A program made the translations under genes and the position numbers. Shown here one piece after another: positions 25,191 to 38,423 of a stretch of 64,000 nt of DNA. The stretch is from Chlorokybus atmophyticus. Lineage: Eukaryota > Plantae > Mesostigma and Chlorokybus algae. The first letter of the stretch is position 1. Every line of letters begins with the position of its first letter. Location: NCBI GenBank assembly GCA_009103225.1, contig RHPI01002090.1, positions 1,163,932-1,227,931 of the forward strand, given 5' to 3'. The notes below the pieces were generated by a model that was given only the letters and a program-made list of their open reading frames with translations, made no database searches and was not told the DNA's origin.

Positions 25191-26244
25191 TTGCATCTTG
25201 TATACTATTCGAATCACATTTGTTGAATTCCAAACTAATGGCTGATTACGAGTCAGACCTTAATACGGCTAGGCAGAATCCTTCACAACTAATTAGCTAA
25301 CACCAGGTACCTACAATCTCTAAGTCAGGAACACCCTAGCCGCGGCTGTCACACGCTGAAAATAACCATAGCGTGATCGTCTACCGTGCGCAACACTCTG
25401 TCGGAAAATAATGGCATACTGCGAGAGGCAACGCTCCAGCCATCTCACTTGTATCACCCGCCGCACGCATGGCTTGAGCAAATGCTCAAAGGCTAGGCCC
25501 ATAGTCCAACCACCTCCGTAGCCAATGGGTTGAAGCAAGTGGCTGCACAATTGTCTCCATACTTGTGATTCTGAATGACTCAAAAACAGTACCAAATGTC
25601 ATGCACGACATATGAGAACGCCAGCTCGATTTTGGTTGCAATACTTGCAGCAATTGTACAAAAGCTTTGCTGTTTGACGTGTGCATATGTAATTGTGCTG
25701 CTGCATGCAAACCGATCACAAGTCATACCATCCAAAGTATCACAGCTAGAGTGCACAACCGGGCTAGCGCTTGCCGCGCTACTACTGCAGTACCACTACC
25801 TGCTCTGCACTGTTATACATGCATGCGCGCATATGTAGGTCAAATTGTTTGCACAATCAGCCGAACAGACTTCATGGTAGATGGACGGCACCGGCAGCAA
25901 GACACACAGGACGTGGACTGCACGTTCTCCCTCTCGCTTCCCCGCCTCCCAAACTCTCTCTCTCCTCCGTTGCCTCTGGTCCTGCGGTTGGTTGCCATGG
26001 TGCTGATCCGGCCTGCCTCTAGTTGACCAGCGGCAAGGTCCTGATCCCTGCCCTGCTCTGCCCTATTCCTTACTGCGCTGGTCAGCAGCATTACATAACA
26101 AACTCTACCAGCAACTGGTGGTGTGCGGGGTAGGAATGCTAGAGCAGTTGCTGGGTGGAGTGTGGGGAGGAGCTTGTGCATCACTCTGATGACTTTCAGC
26201 CACAGCGCATGCAACAGACAGCGTATGTGCTTGCAGGCACATTG

Positions 26245-29200
26245 CTATTCGCCGGCTTTCATTTTCTTCGACAGTTGAGGGATAGCAATGTCTGATGTCA
26301 GCACCCACCGCTCTTCCGCTTCAGTGTCCATTGAAGCACCATGGTTGCAACACCTGACCAGAAACTTGCACATGCACGTAAACGGTTGCGCTTGCATGGA
26401 GACGGCACTTGTGACACCTCGACAGCTGCGGCAAGGGTGGAGTGGCTCCTGCAGCACCAGGCCAGCGTACCATGCCTGAAAGCACACAACTGGTGAAGGC
26501 ACAACATATTACGGCTGCTGATGGGCGAACTTCGAAAACCCATGTGTGCGCCACAGAATGCACAGCAACAGGCACGCCTGCGTACATATCTACATGCAAC
26601 CCACTCACGCATACAAATATTTACCTAGTTGGATGCAAAAGATGTTTCACAACCGAGCGCGTCTCATTGACGCGCGCTTACTCATACGTGTTACAACTTC
26701 ATTGGATGCCTGCCCGCTTGGGGATGCAATGTGTTGTGTGCATGTATATGCGCAAATGCCATCATGCATGTTACTTTGTTTGTAAGCGCTCACTTTGCCA
26801 TGGACAAGCGGATGCCGGCGTGACAACTTGACAAAACAGATGACGAAGTCACCAGCTGCAATATCTGTTCTCCGTTCTATTAAGTCGCTGACGGGTTGCA
26901 GTCGGTCCCGAGGTACCGTCTCATACTCGTCAAAGGTTGAGTACCTAAGAAGCAGTTTTAATGATGCTGAGCAGATCTTGCCAACTGCACAACAAGGCAA
27001 GGGAGCCAAGGGGTTGTACTCACTTGACGTAGTAAGTGTTGTTGGGTCTCGGTTCGATCATGTCCAAGCCCCACCACGCACCGTGAGCCTCAGCGTCCCA
27101 CAGCTCAGGGAGAAGCTCGTGTGGTGGAATGTACGTGTCGACATTTTGTGGTTGTGGACTGGACACGCGTGTGTAATTGGATCTCTTCGGATTCCAGACT
27201 GTTGACGGCAATGTGGCATCAGTACTGCAGGTAAGACGCCTCACCACATTACGCTTTCGTCGATTGTGCTTTTTGCTGCCATCTGGAGGAGAAGTGGTCG
27301 AGTCAAGCGGCTTGACTCGCTTCGTCTTTGCCTGCCTAAAGGTCCCCCTGTACATCAACACTCGGTAATGCTGCTTGCAAACTCTGAGGTGTTGCAACGC
27401 TCGCCAAGAAGACCAGTTCACCACTGCGAACAACAGCTACTACCAACATGCACAGGCGTGCTTATGCGCGCACAAGCTGCAACCACTCACCTACAAAGCT
27501 CCGGGTATGCTTCTTGCAGCTGTGTGCTGAAGGTGTGGTTTTGTGTTGGCGTGCTCTTCTCTATGACAGTGGCAATATGAGCAGCCCCCATTGATGACAG
27601 AAGTAGTTCTGGCTCCTTGTCTGGCGGTTGTTGTGGTTGTGGTTGTGGTTCTGGCTGTCGTTGTTGTTGTCGCTGTTGTCGTTGCTGTTGTTGTTGCTGT
27701 CGTTGTTGTTGCTGTGGTTGCGGCTGATTGAGCGTTTCCAACATGCGGATCGCATTGTCACGAATAGCATAGTAACGCATGCGCACGGGTGAGGCGTGCT
27801 TCAACCCTTCCACTGGCCTTACCACCACCCAATGTTTTGTCAACTCATCCATGTACACCCCCACCCTTTCGGGCACCGCTTCTTCAGTGTAGTAGAAACT
27901 TGTCAGTACCACTGCACGAATAACACGGGTGCAGCACAACAACAATGTACCTTCAATGACGTGGAGCGGGTAGCCGTGAAAATCTGTCACGTGAGCAACG
28001 TGGTTGGGTGTATGTTGGGACTGCAATTGAAACTCGCTTTGCGCTCTGTCCCAAACGAGGGCGGCTATCTTCGGATCGGAGAATTGCCCCAATACATGAA
28101 AGCGGCCTTTCACCCACACCCTAGCAAAGGCAGCCTTGGGGGCCCTAACATGAACTCCTACATACTTGCGCGCCGGCTCTGTCCGGCCAAGGCAACAAGT
28201 TCAGGAACAGCAGCTGACAACAACAACAACAACAACAACAACCACAACCACAACCACGACCACCACCACCACCACCACCACCACAACCACAACAACCCTG
28301 TCTGTTGTGGACACACGGCTACATGTACAAGTGCCATGGCTCAGCGTTGTGATGGACCCGGAACCCAGAAGTAGCATGTGTTGCGTGTTGCCAAGCACAA
28401 CAACCGTACCAACATTTAACACGCAGACGATGACAATGCAAATAAAGATAGGAGAGCACCTATGATGGGATCCACAATTCTAGAAGCATATTGAGCTATA
28501 CCAAAACTTAGTACGAACTCCACAGCACACTGGCAAATACGAAAGCAAGGTACAACTTGTACAAGTTGTGCACACCCCCATGCAATTGCACAACCAAGCC
28601 TCCACTGGCTGTACCATGCGTAGCAATGTCGTCCGCAACAACTTCGCGACATTCTCGCCGACGCTTGTTGTGCTGCAATCTGGCCAAGTTGGTACTGCTC
28701 TCAACTGTGGCCCTCCCAATCTGGCTCGTTTGACGTTTCTTGCCACGCCGCTGCAGAATATCATTCTGAACACTGTGCGATGTTGTCTTGACCCTCTTTA
28801 TGACTGACGTTTCCAGGACACCAAAGCAAAGCAAATTTGTTGCGACGAACATCAACATCGATCTTGGCCTACCTGTGCTGGTGAGGAGTGCGAGTGCTTG
28901 AGCGCAAAAGATGTTGGCGCATCTTTGTAGGGTACAACAACTTGCGTTGCTGTTGGCATTGGCGTTGGTGGCACAATAACTGAACGGCGTTCTGCCCCTG
29001 TTGTATGACTCCTTATCTCTTGTTTTGCTGCCGCTGACTTGGCTTTTTGGCCTCTGATGGAATTGCAACCACTACCAACATCGTCATCCATAAAGTCCGC
29101 GGGAAACAACTTTCTGTTCGTCAGCTTAGCAAGACCATGTTTGTCCACGGCGCTGTCGTAAGCCCTGGCAGCCTCCTTGGCACTCAGGTAGCAGCCAAGT

Positions 29201-29438
29201 GAAATGTATTTGCCGCTTGCCCACAAACAAGCACGGAAGTTGCTACTCTGAGCAACGTAAGAAACGCCAACGTACTTTGTGCGCACTGTTGGGTGTGGGG
29301 AAGGTCACAACAAAAGCACACAAAGACAAGCATCGTTGTAAGGATGTGGCCCCCGTATGCACAGTACCTGAGTAAAATGCTCTCTTTGGTGTTTTGTGTA
29401 CCGTGCGGCCTGAGCTTGAGGGATGATAATCTTCAGCC
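26245..29438 (-). CDS. Multi-AP2/ERF-domain protein with C-terminal SAWADEE-like (tandem Tudor plus Zn) domain; 5' end unresolved (probably further upstream)
   Basis: AP2-1 KYVGVSYVAQSSNFRACLWASGKYISLGCYLSAKEAARAYD...LFP (~29280-29100). AP2-2 KYVGVHV...ARVWVKGRFHVLGQFSDPKIAALVWDRA (~28170-28030). AP2-like-3 VGVYMDELTKHWVV...AIRMLE. PolyQ linker, then LWDAEAHGAWW...YVKYSTFDEYETVPRDRLQP...GDFVICF...AWYAGLVLQEPLHPCRSC...CMCKFLVR. Splice phases are compatible. Confidence 0.7.
28216..28275 (+). repeat. (AAC)/(ACC) microsatellite in an intron of the AP2 gene
   Basis: caacaacaacaacaacaacaaccacaaccacaaccacgaccaccaccacc... read directly. Confidence 0.9.
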
Positions 29439-31844
29439 TGGCCCAATAGCAACACACCAAATGCAGTCAAAAGCAGTAGTTACTATGCCTCACAGCGCAA
29501 CCACCTCATACCTTGAGAATTCAGCCACAACAGGACACAACATTACCACAAATGCTGTAGTAACGACATTAACACTCAACCATGCATGGTACAGGAGATG
29601 AACCTGACCTGCATCGGTTGCATGCTGACGGACTCCAGTATCTTTGTGCAGAGTTGTCTCAGTGTAGATGTAGAATGTCGAGGTTTTGCTCACAAGGCAA
29701 AGTTGTGCCTGGTTTGCAGTCCGTCACCTCGCCACGCTTCCACCGCTTGCCACTGCACGCCGCTCCTGTACAGAGCCGGTTTGACTCATCATGCATTCAC
29801 TTAAGCACGGGGGCGGGAGGGGGGGTGGGGGGTGGCGGGTCCATGTGTGCTGCGTGTACAAACATGTTCATGTCATGCAGCAGAACAACTGTCCCGAGCG
29901 CAGCTTAACTACCCGTGCACCCAGCACAAGCAGCAGTCTAGCTGGCCAGCAAACTAGCAGCATGACGCCGCACAGTACAGCTGGGTTTACCCCACATGCA
30001 TTATGCAAATGACTGCGCATGGTTCTGGGTTGCGGGCATGCATCAAACACTGGCTCACAGCTGCTGATGCCGTGTGCATGACCTAGCTGACAATATGCAT
30101 GCCTTCATGGTACATTGAAGTGCGCTTGGTACTTGCACACCGGTGGCAATGAACATGGCACACGCATGCATAGGTCACTATCATCACCTGAAACTGACAA
30201 GCAAAACCAAGCTCGAGGGATGCGCGCTCACATGCATGCACCCACGCACTAGAGCAAGGCTTCAGAGCAAGGTGTGTGACTCCAGCGCCACAAGCAGGAA
30301 AAGCAGTGTGTTGTTTCGGGCGTCACCGGTGGTCTGGCAGCGTCCAAGTGTTAGCAGCATCAATGGTGAGATTGAGTGAGGGTTTTGCTGACGGATTACT
30401 AGGGAACGCAAGGCCGCCAGCTCAAGCCCAGACTAGCTTGCAGCTTCCAGTTTTCTGTGAGTGCCATGCGTGTGTTCCCATGAGGCAACCCTGCTTGACG
30501 TAGAAGACTCCGTCGTGTGCATATCGCTATTGCACATGTTGGCATGCACGCATGCCAACATGTGCAATAGCGATATGATGTGTCTTTGTGCAAGCGTATG
30601 TGTCTGTGATTGCGCCAATTACTTGGGGGAAGGAGTGCGACTCTCATGCTGTGAGTGTCACTGTTCTATTGCGCATGATGCTCTCTTTTGCTTGCTTTAC
30701 TCACAACATATGTTGAGACGTCACGGCCATGCTCAAGCTCTCATTGTAGTGCACACAATATCATGGCGCAAAGGCACAACATGGAGACAAGGTGCATGGT
30801 GTGCAGGGCGTGGTAACCATCTGGTTAGGAGAGAGATGTAAGCCCTAAAGATTTGCACAGCGTCTTCATGTTGTGCCTTTACGCAACACTCTCACATAGT
30901 TTTGGTGCATAGTCTACACAATTCACGTTAAGTGCATGTCTGCAGTATTTGTAGTGGTAGTGCCCTTGGTAACAATAGACTGGCAAGGTGTCCGCAAGAG
31001 CAGCAGCAGCAGCGACAGAGACCATGTTCACGAGATTGGATTGTGCAGTAGTAGATGCTTAAGTAGAAGCTTGTGTAGCATGGCATGGTATGTAGTTAAA
31101 CATGTACTACGAGTACTCACTCGCCTGTAACCCTCGCCTTCGCCGTCAAGCGCAAACCACAGGACTCCTGCTGCTCACCAGCTCCCTCTCCAGGCCGTGC
31201 AAGCTTGCTTCATCCCCCCGTAGCTGCTGCTCCCGCTCCCTCCTCCTCACCCGCCTTGTCCTTGAGCACTTCTCCCTTACCCGCAGTCGGCGGCCACCGC
31301 CACCGCCACCGCCGCCACCGCAGGCAGTGCGAGCACCCAGCGCACATCTTGAACACAGTGTAAGCATCACTGTGCTCACAACATCAGCTGCGTGCAGGCA
31401 TGGGCGGCGGCCGCGGTGGGTGCAGGAAGAGGACGACAACGAGGGGCAGGAGGAGGCCGCTGAGCCTGCTGCTCCTTTGTAGACGCTTGAGGAAGCGCTA
31501 GCCTAAGATTGTCAGCTTGTGCATGAGTCTGCGGAGGTTACATGGGCTTGAACAAAACCTTATAACAACAGCCATTAGCCATCAAGAGCTTTGTGATTCT
31601 TCAGCATGCGTCTTCTGTTGCTTGTCACTGCGTTCAGTGAATTTAAGCAGGCGGAGCTGAATATGCATGCGGTAGTTTATTGCTGGCATGCAACCCTGCA
31701 ACAGAAGTCGTTCACCAACAACCCCATGCAATAACAACAACAACGCATCAACAGCTGCAAACTTTCCTTACCATGGCCACTGCACATGCATGCTTGCTTC
31801 ATCTGACAAACTACGATGCACTTGATGTAATGCATGCCCCCCCC

Positions 31845-32119
31845 NNNNNNNNNNNNNNNNNNNNNNNNNNNNNNNNNNNNNNNNNNNNNNNNNNNNNNNN
31901 NNNNNNNNNNNNNNNNNNNNNNNNNNNNNNNNNNNNNNNNNNNNNNNNNNNNNNNNNNNNNNNNNNNNNNNNNNNNNNNNNNNNNNNNNNNNNNNNNNNN
32001 NNNNNNNNNNNNNNNNNNNNNNNNNNNNNNNNNNNNNNNNNNNNNNNNNNNNNNNNNNNNNNNNNNNNNNNNNNNNNNNNNNNNNNNNNNNNNNNNNNNN
32101 NNNNNNNNNNNNNNNNNNN
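31845..32119. other. Assembly gap (N run) after a poly-C run
   Basis: Run of n. Confidence 1.
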
Positions 32120-32594
32120 CCCAGTCAAAGGCACTCTACCTGCAACAGACAAGCTCCGCAGCCTGGGGACCGGCTTCGCTGCGGGTCAGGAAGAATACGC
32201 TGAGTTGGTTTATTTCGATCAGTCACCATGCTCAAGGAGCAATGTGCGTTTTTGTTGCACACACGCACGGTGTGTGTGCGGGTCACTGCTCAAGAATGTG
32301 AGCCGATTTGTGTGACAAACATACTTGCATCCTTGATTATGTCCCCCTGACTTGTCTAAAAGGACGGACAATATCGTATGAGATTGGCAATCTCAATACA
32401 AACACACCAACTCCACACCACAACAGCAGCAAGCAACAACATGAAGGTCACGTGCAAGCCAGAAATGCTTGTGAGTGGGTAGAGCGCAACTGTTGCTGCA
32501 AGCTATACTTCCAGATGTTGTTATACTTCCAATTTGGCCTCTATGCACAAATCTTCACTTAGCCACTCCCTCGTGATACACAACTACCCTGGTG

Positions 32595-34944
32595 TCAACC
32601 CCAGTCAGCGAGCACGGTGGGTTCCTCCTGTGGCTGTGGCGCCGTACTTCCTCCTGCTACGGCTGACGAGTCACTGCTTGTTGCTGGAGCGAGGCGTGCG
32701 CGAGACGACTTCCAGGCGAGCAGACGGTCGAGGTCCCCGCTTCCCACTGCGGCCAGCAGAGGATTGAGCGCCAACCGCCCCTTCACGATACCCAAATTCA
32801 CACGCGCAACGTCCACCAATCGCCGGTCACCCACCTACAGCACACACGCATGGAGGGATGCTTAGCATCGCGTATCAGCGCTTGGTTGTTGGTTATTGTT
32901 ACTAAGTTGTATGAAAAAAACAGCCACCTGAGTGGCGAGAGCGACAAAGCGGTCAAAGTGAGCTTCGGCAGTCTCGGGATGGCCCTGCGCAAGGTACAGC
33001 TTTCCGAGGGCGCAGGCAGCATTTGCCTGCGCTCTCAACGGCAGCTCCACGCTCCGCGCCAGGTCCAGCAGCGCATGAAGGTGCGCCAGCGCCTGCTCGG
33101 GATGCCCAAGCGCCTGCGAAACCAAAACAAATACAAAGCTCAATTTCAAACACCTACATCACTACATATGTAGGCCACAGCATAGCCATCCGCACAATGG
33201 TGTTGTCATGTCACTCCACCTGGTGGCAAGCGGCTGTGGCAGCGCAAGCAGCACCCTCGCCAGCGCGATCGTGGAGGCTGCGACAGGAGGCTAGGTAGCC
33301 CTGCTGCGAGGCGAGGGCACGCTCTGGCTGGCCCAGGCGCAGGTACACCTTGCCCAGCTCATGCTGCGCGCGCCCCACGGCAGCTGCATCACCAGCCTGC
33401 AGAGACACACAGGGAGGGAGGAAGACAGCATCAGTCCTGACCCACACTCTGGTGGTCTGATGGTAATGTTGTTCATGTTCAAGGTGACCGTGTGTGTTCT
33501 GCACCTTTTGGGCCATCTCGAGGCAGTGGTCGAGGGCTTCCGTGGCGGCTGTCTCGTTGCCGGGGTGGCTGAGGAGATTCTGTGCGTGGGCGGCGTAGGC
33601 GCGAGCTAGCTCCGCGGCGGCCTCGCGCGCGTCCTCCCCGCGCCGCTCCCTCCCCGCTTCCTCCTCCCCGGCCACCTCCCTGACTTCCTCGGCCAGGGCC
33701 AGCGTGCGCTCGTGGTCCCGCGCAGCCCCAGCCAGGTCCCCCTGCAGAGACCGGCAGCGGCCCAACGCGCGCGACGCCGCCAGCTGCGCGCCCATGTCAC
33801 CCTCCTTCGATGCACCCTCCAGACATTTTGTATAGAAGAATATGGCCTGAGACACCTGCTCCGCACTCTCAAAGTAACCCGCTAGACGCTCGTACGCCCC
33901 GTACACACCCTTCTTGTCACCTACATCACACGAGGCACATGAGGCACACAATACACAAGTCTTGGCCAATCAAATGGTCAGTTGCAAAGGTACGTTTCAA
34001 GCTACAATGTACAGTGCTTGCCTCTACGAGAGGCAATTTCGGTGGCAACGAGGTGGTCGCGGAGGTGCGGGAGGCTGGCGGGGTTGATGGCGTGGTTGTG
34101 GTTGGTGCTATGGTGATCATCGGCGTCGACACTGTCGCGGCGGCTGCCACTCGCACTAGCGGCTTCGCTGTCGGCACGCACGAGCCGGAAGAAGTCCTGA
34201 AACGCCACAGGGTGCCCTCGCGCGAGCATGTCGATGCACAGGGCTTGCGCCGTGCTACCGTTGTTGTTGTTGGTACTGCGGGCATCTCCCCCGTCGTGAG
34301 GGGCGGAGGCAGCGGCAGGGTCCCGCTCCGCCGCATTCACCTCCGCAAGCAGCCTCTCCTTGAAGCTCTTCTTCATGCTCCCAGCCTTCTCTGCTGCCGC
34401 GTGCGAAGGAGGCGACGAGCTGCCTCGCAACTTCGACGCGCAACCAGACACATGCACAAAAAGTGAGCCTGATCGTACTTTCGACCCGAAACACACACAA
34501 GCACGGACATGCACAAAAGACTGTCAGCCACTGTTGTGCTTGGGGACCTTTACCTCGTGCCTGCAAAACCCAATCGTAAACGCACGCGACACCATACTCA
34601 AGCATATCACTCGTGCTGAAATGCAAGAACAGTGATGGAGTTGATTGCTTAACGAAACATTCCAATCGTCATGAAACATTTCAATGCAGCATTTGCAGCT
34701 GCTTCTTGAACCAATCTTTAGGTCTGTGTGTACAGGAATTCAATGCTAGGCTGGCTCACATAGCTGGCTTCAAGTGGACATGTATTAAACCAATCACTGC
34801 CAACAAGTTGTCAAGTGTATTGAGAGCGTACTGAGAGCACAACTCAACTCAGCTTGACAGATCGGTCAACGGATGCAGTTCAGCCCTTACCTTCAGACCG
34901 CGAGGACTGCTCGCAGTCCTTGCGGCAACTTCCGTCGCAGCCAT
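32595..34944 (-). CDS. TTC29: Tetratricopeptide repeat protein 29-like (cilia/flagella-associated)
   Basis: LCIDMLARGHPVAFQDFFRLV...LRDHLVATEIASRRG, VYGAYERLAGYF...AIFFYTKCL, several TPR helices (AQHELGKVYLRLG, ANAACALGKLYLAQG), ARVNLGIVKG near the end. Start MAATEVAARTASSPRGLK| at 34944 is inferred. Confidence 0.8.
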
Positions 34945-35078
34945 TTTTGCGACCTCCAGCGCTCTGAATGTAATGTAAACCTCTTGCTGCAATTAGACAA
35001 CTATTCGCGCCATCTGCGGATCAGCAAGCTCTCACTCACACGCCTCACCATCAACAACCACAACGCCGCCGCCGTCAG

Positions 35079-35282
35079 TTTAGGGTTTTGACAAGCCCTA
35101 AATTTCCCCGCAATTACCACAGAACGACACGTGTGTGCTGCACCAAGCTGCCTTTATGGTCACGTGCCAACCATGCTGACTTGGAGGGGTTTCCCGCGAA
35201 GAATTGCAAAGAATTCAAAACTTCGACCGTCTGTCAACCGTTTCCCGGGGAATCCGACGCGAAGATCTGCGCATTAGGGTTT
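35079..35282. promoter_or_regulatory. Telo-box cluster in the TTC29/GYF divergent promoter
   Basis: TTTAGGGTTT at 35079, GCCCTAAA at ~35095 and TTAGGGTTT at 35274. Single AACCCTAA copies also occur at 3765 and 54126 in other divergent promoters. Confidence 0.6.
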
Positions 35283-35388
35283 GTGCGGGCAGTTTGGCGG
35301 GAAGGAAGACGAGGAGGAGCAGGAGCAGGAGGAGGAGGCGGTGGTGGCGGAGTAGCAGCAGGAGGACGGCGAGGGGAAGCGGGGCGCA

Positions 35389-38300
35389 ATGCACTGGGGT
35401 GATGACGCAGAGAATGAAGAAGGTAGGGGTTATGGAGGTCGGGTGAGGCGATCGGGGAGCGGCCGTCCTGGCGTGGCCACGACCGCCCGAGGCAGTGAGG
35501 CCGGCCCCTCCACCTCACCTGCAGGCAGCAGCGGTGCCAAGAGGAGGTCTGTGTTCGAGAGGTTGAAGTTTCCTGATGAGGAATCCAAAGGGAGCGGTGG
35601 TGGGAGTACGGCGAGTAGCGCAAGCAGAGCTGCCGTGTTCAGCAGGCTGGGCGGCGCAGCCGCTCCGTCCCGCGAGGATGAGGACGAGGAAGACGATGAG
35701 GAGTACGCGGAAGAGGCTCCGCCGCTTCCCGCACGCGGTGCAGTCAGAGCCGGAAGCCGGCACCAAGAAGCTGCTTGGTTTCTGCATGATGATCGAGACC
35801 AGGTGACCGTTTGGAAGAGCATGCCCGCATGCAGCATTGTTAAGGCCTTGCAGCTTAGTCGTTCAACTCCGGCAGCCAAACCAGTATCTGTTGTCTACAA
35901 GCATGTGATGCAGTACACAACACGGTCGTTCAACAGACCTTGTCCGGTTGTGTTTGGGCAGTCACATGTCCTTTTACCATCCTGCTTGTGCATGTTAACT
36001 ATGTACCTTGCTCAGCAACGATGTCTCCATATAATGAATCTTCTGCTGTCAATTGACCCATTCCCAGCGCTGTTCTGCGTACTTGTTATGATTCGATTGG
36101 TTGGGTACTGTGTCGCGGCCGACAACTGCATTTGCTAACCAAACCACACCACATTTGTCTGGATCCAGCGAGCTGCTAAGCTTGTTTGCCTGTGGGATTT
36201 GCTGGTATGTGCTCACAGCAGCCAGCACCGCCAAGCAGTTCGCGTACGCATGATGATGCAACCCACAGGCGCACACCTACGGCAACCCGCCAGCCACCGG
36301 TATGCAAAAGCCCTGCGCAGCAATGTACCAACACCAACACCACGCACAATGCTGTGTGTAACTGCTATGTGCATGCAATCTGCATGATGGTATTTTCAAT
36401 TGGTTTATGGTTGTATCAGGTGCGGCCATCTCCGCGCTCAGTTGGAGGCAGCGCACTGGCTGGAAGGGCATTGGCTGAAGTGGCTGCGTCGCGTGAAGGT
36501 GCAGCCAGCTTGGGCAGCCCAGAGTTGAGACAGAATGTAGCCAGCACACCCTTGGCAACACCACCAAGCACGCACGCTCGTGAATCACGCCAGGATGCAA
36601 GGCGTGGTGACATGCGGTCCACTCACAGCCCAAGCGCAGCTCATCTCCACAGGGAAACTGTGGCGCCAGATAGGAGTCGAGCTGTCGATGCTAGACCAGC
36701 ACCTGCTAGTCATGCAAAATGGTTCTACCGGGATCCCAAAGGCAATGCACAGGGGTAAGCATGTTGGACAGCTTAGGCATCAACCTTCAGCAATATTGGT
36801 CTATGTCACTGACCATGCATGCACTCGAAATAGGCCAAACAAGGCGTCTGATCTCTTGGCGTGGTACAAAGCAGGGTATTTTGCGGGCGAGATGCCGGTA
36901 AGCATGATCCCTATGATGGTCTACCCAGCGATTGCACGCATGTATAGCTCTTAAATGTTGTTGCTGTTATTCGTCAGGTGCGCGAGGGCAACAGCGAGTG
37001 GCAGGCGCTCAAGAGCGCTATCCCTGCTTTGAAGCGGGCTGCGGGACTGGAGAGCGGTACTCCAGCTGTTGCTGAGTCGGGTTCTGCAAAGACTTCAAGA
37101 ACTACCCCTCAGCAGGAAGCGAAACAGATGGAAGCTGTTGCACGGCAGCTGTTCCTGAGTGTAGGTGATGCAGGGTGGCGGTACATTGATAACAATGGTG
37201 CCGCACAAGGGCCTTTTGCTGGTGATCAAATGTTTGGCTGGTGGCAACAGGGGTTCTTTGTGCCCTCATTACGAATGGGCAGTGCAAGGGATGGCAACTA
37301 TCTTCCGTTATCAGAATTGCTCAACCGGTTCAGTAAATCCGTCTCGACCCCCGCTGTGCAAGAGCGGAAACCTTCGCCGGTACCTATTCAAGCACCTCCT
37401 TCGCGAGACAGCAAGCAGACTGTACAGACTAGCGCAAGCCAACCACCACCTGCGAGGCAAATTATCAAGGATGCTTCCTCTATCACGAATGTTACCACAT
37501 TGAAGCCAACCACGCAGTCTGCCCAAGCGACCGAAAAGCGCGAGGTTGAGGCGCAAGCACCTTCTGCAGACGACAACACGTCTCATCCAGATGCACCCCA
37601 GCAGGACCATCCAGCCTCCTTGTCACGACAAACTGTTCCGCAAAAACGAGCTGAGGTGGAGCATGCCTCCACAGAGAATGAAACGCAGCTAGAGGCTGTT
37701 GTGACGACATCGTCACCAGCGGATGTGGCTGATGATGTTGCCCTTGGCCTGCAAGAGAGCGAGCGAGTAGGCAATGAACCTGCTGCTTTACATGCTGATG
37801 TCTCGCTGCGTGTTGGCGGAGATGCTGAATCTGCCCCCACTGACAGTCTTGAAGGCACAACGCAGCAGGAAGTTGGCACAGGAGATGACCCGGCATCTCG
37901 CTGTCTGCCAGAAGAACACTTCAGCCCTGCCATTGATGAGGTTCAACATATTGTGACTGATGATGTTGCCCTTAGCATACAAGAGCGCGAGCGAGTTGGC
38001 AGTGAACTAGCTGTTGCAACTGCCGGTGTTGAGCAGGGTAATGGCGGAGACGTTGAATCCACTCCCAGTGACATATGTGAAGGCATGACTCAGCAGGACG
38101 ACGGCACAGGAGATGAACCCGCATCACGCAGTTTGCCAGAAGAACATTCCGATTCTGCCGTGGATGACACTGAACGTGAGCAAGCGGCCGCATCTGCTGG
38201 CGCTCAAACCCCTGAAGCAGACACTGCCAGCCATACCCCGACTGCAACAATTGCAGAATCTGTACAGGACCCACTTGTTGTGAATAAGCAATCCAGCAAT

Positions 38301-38423
38301 GAAGCACAAGAACAGCGCACATTGGACGGACATCTCTCTCCTCAGAAGTCGCCATCTGCAGAGGATACGCAACTCTCTAATTCTCCAGCAGATGCTGCAC
38401 ATGTTGCAGACGACAGCGCTTAG
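35389..38423 (+). CDS. Multi-GYF-domain protein with long disordered acidic C-terminus
   Basis: WFYRDPKGNAQG|PNKASDLLAWYKAGYF and WRYIDNNGAAQGPFAGDQMFGWWQQGFF are GYF motifs. WFLHDDRDQ may be a third, degenerate copy. Last exon 36978-38423. Confidence 0.85.
37731..38170 (+). repeat. Coding tandem duplication, 228-bp (76-aa) period
   Basis: GATGATGTTGCCCTT at 37731 and 37959; DDVAL..QE.ERVG.E.A......GGD.ES.P.D..EG.TQQ..GTGD.PASR.LPEEH occurs twice. Confidence 0.9.

Noticed and set aside
28508-29068. 186-aa ORF overlapping the first AP2 exon in another frame
   Set aside because: The upstream half is an alternative-frame shadow running through an intron; only the 3' part is likely a real exon.
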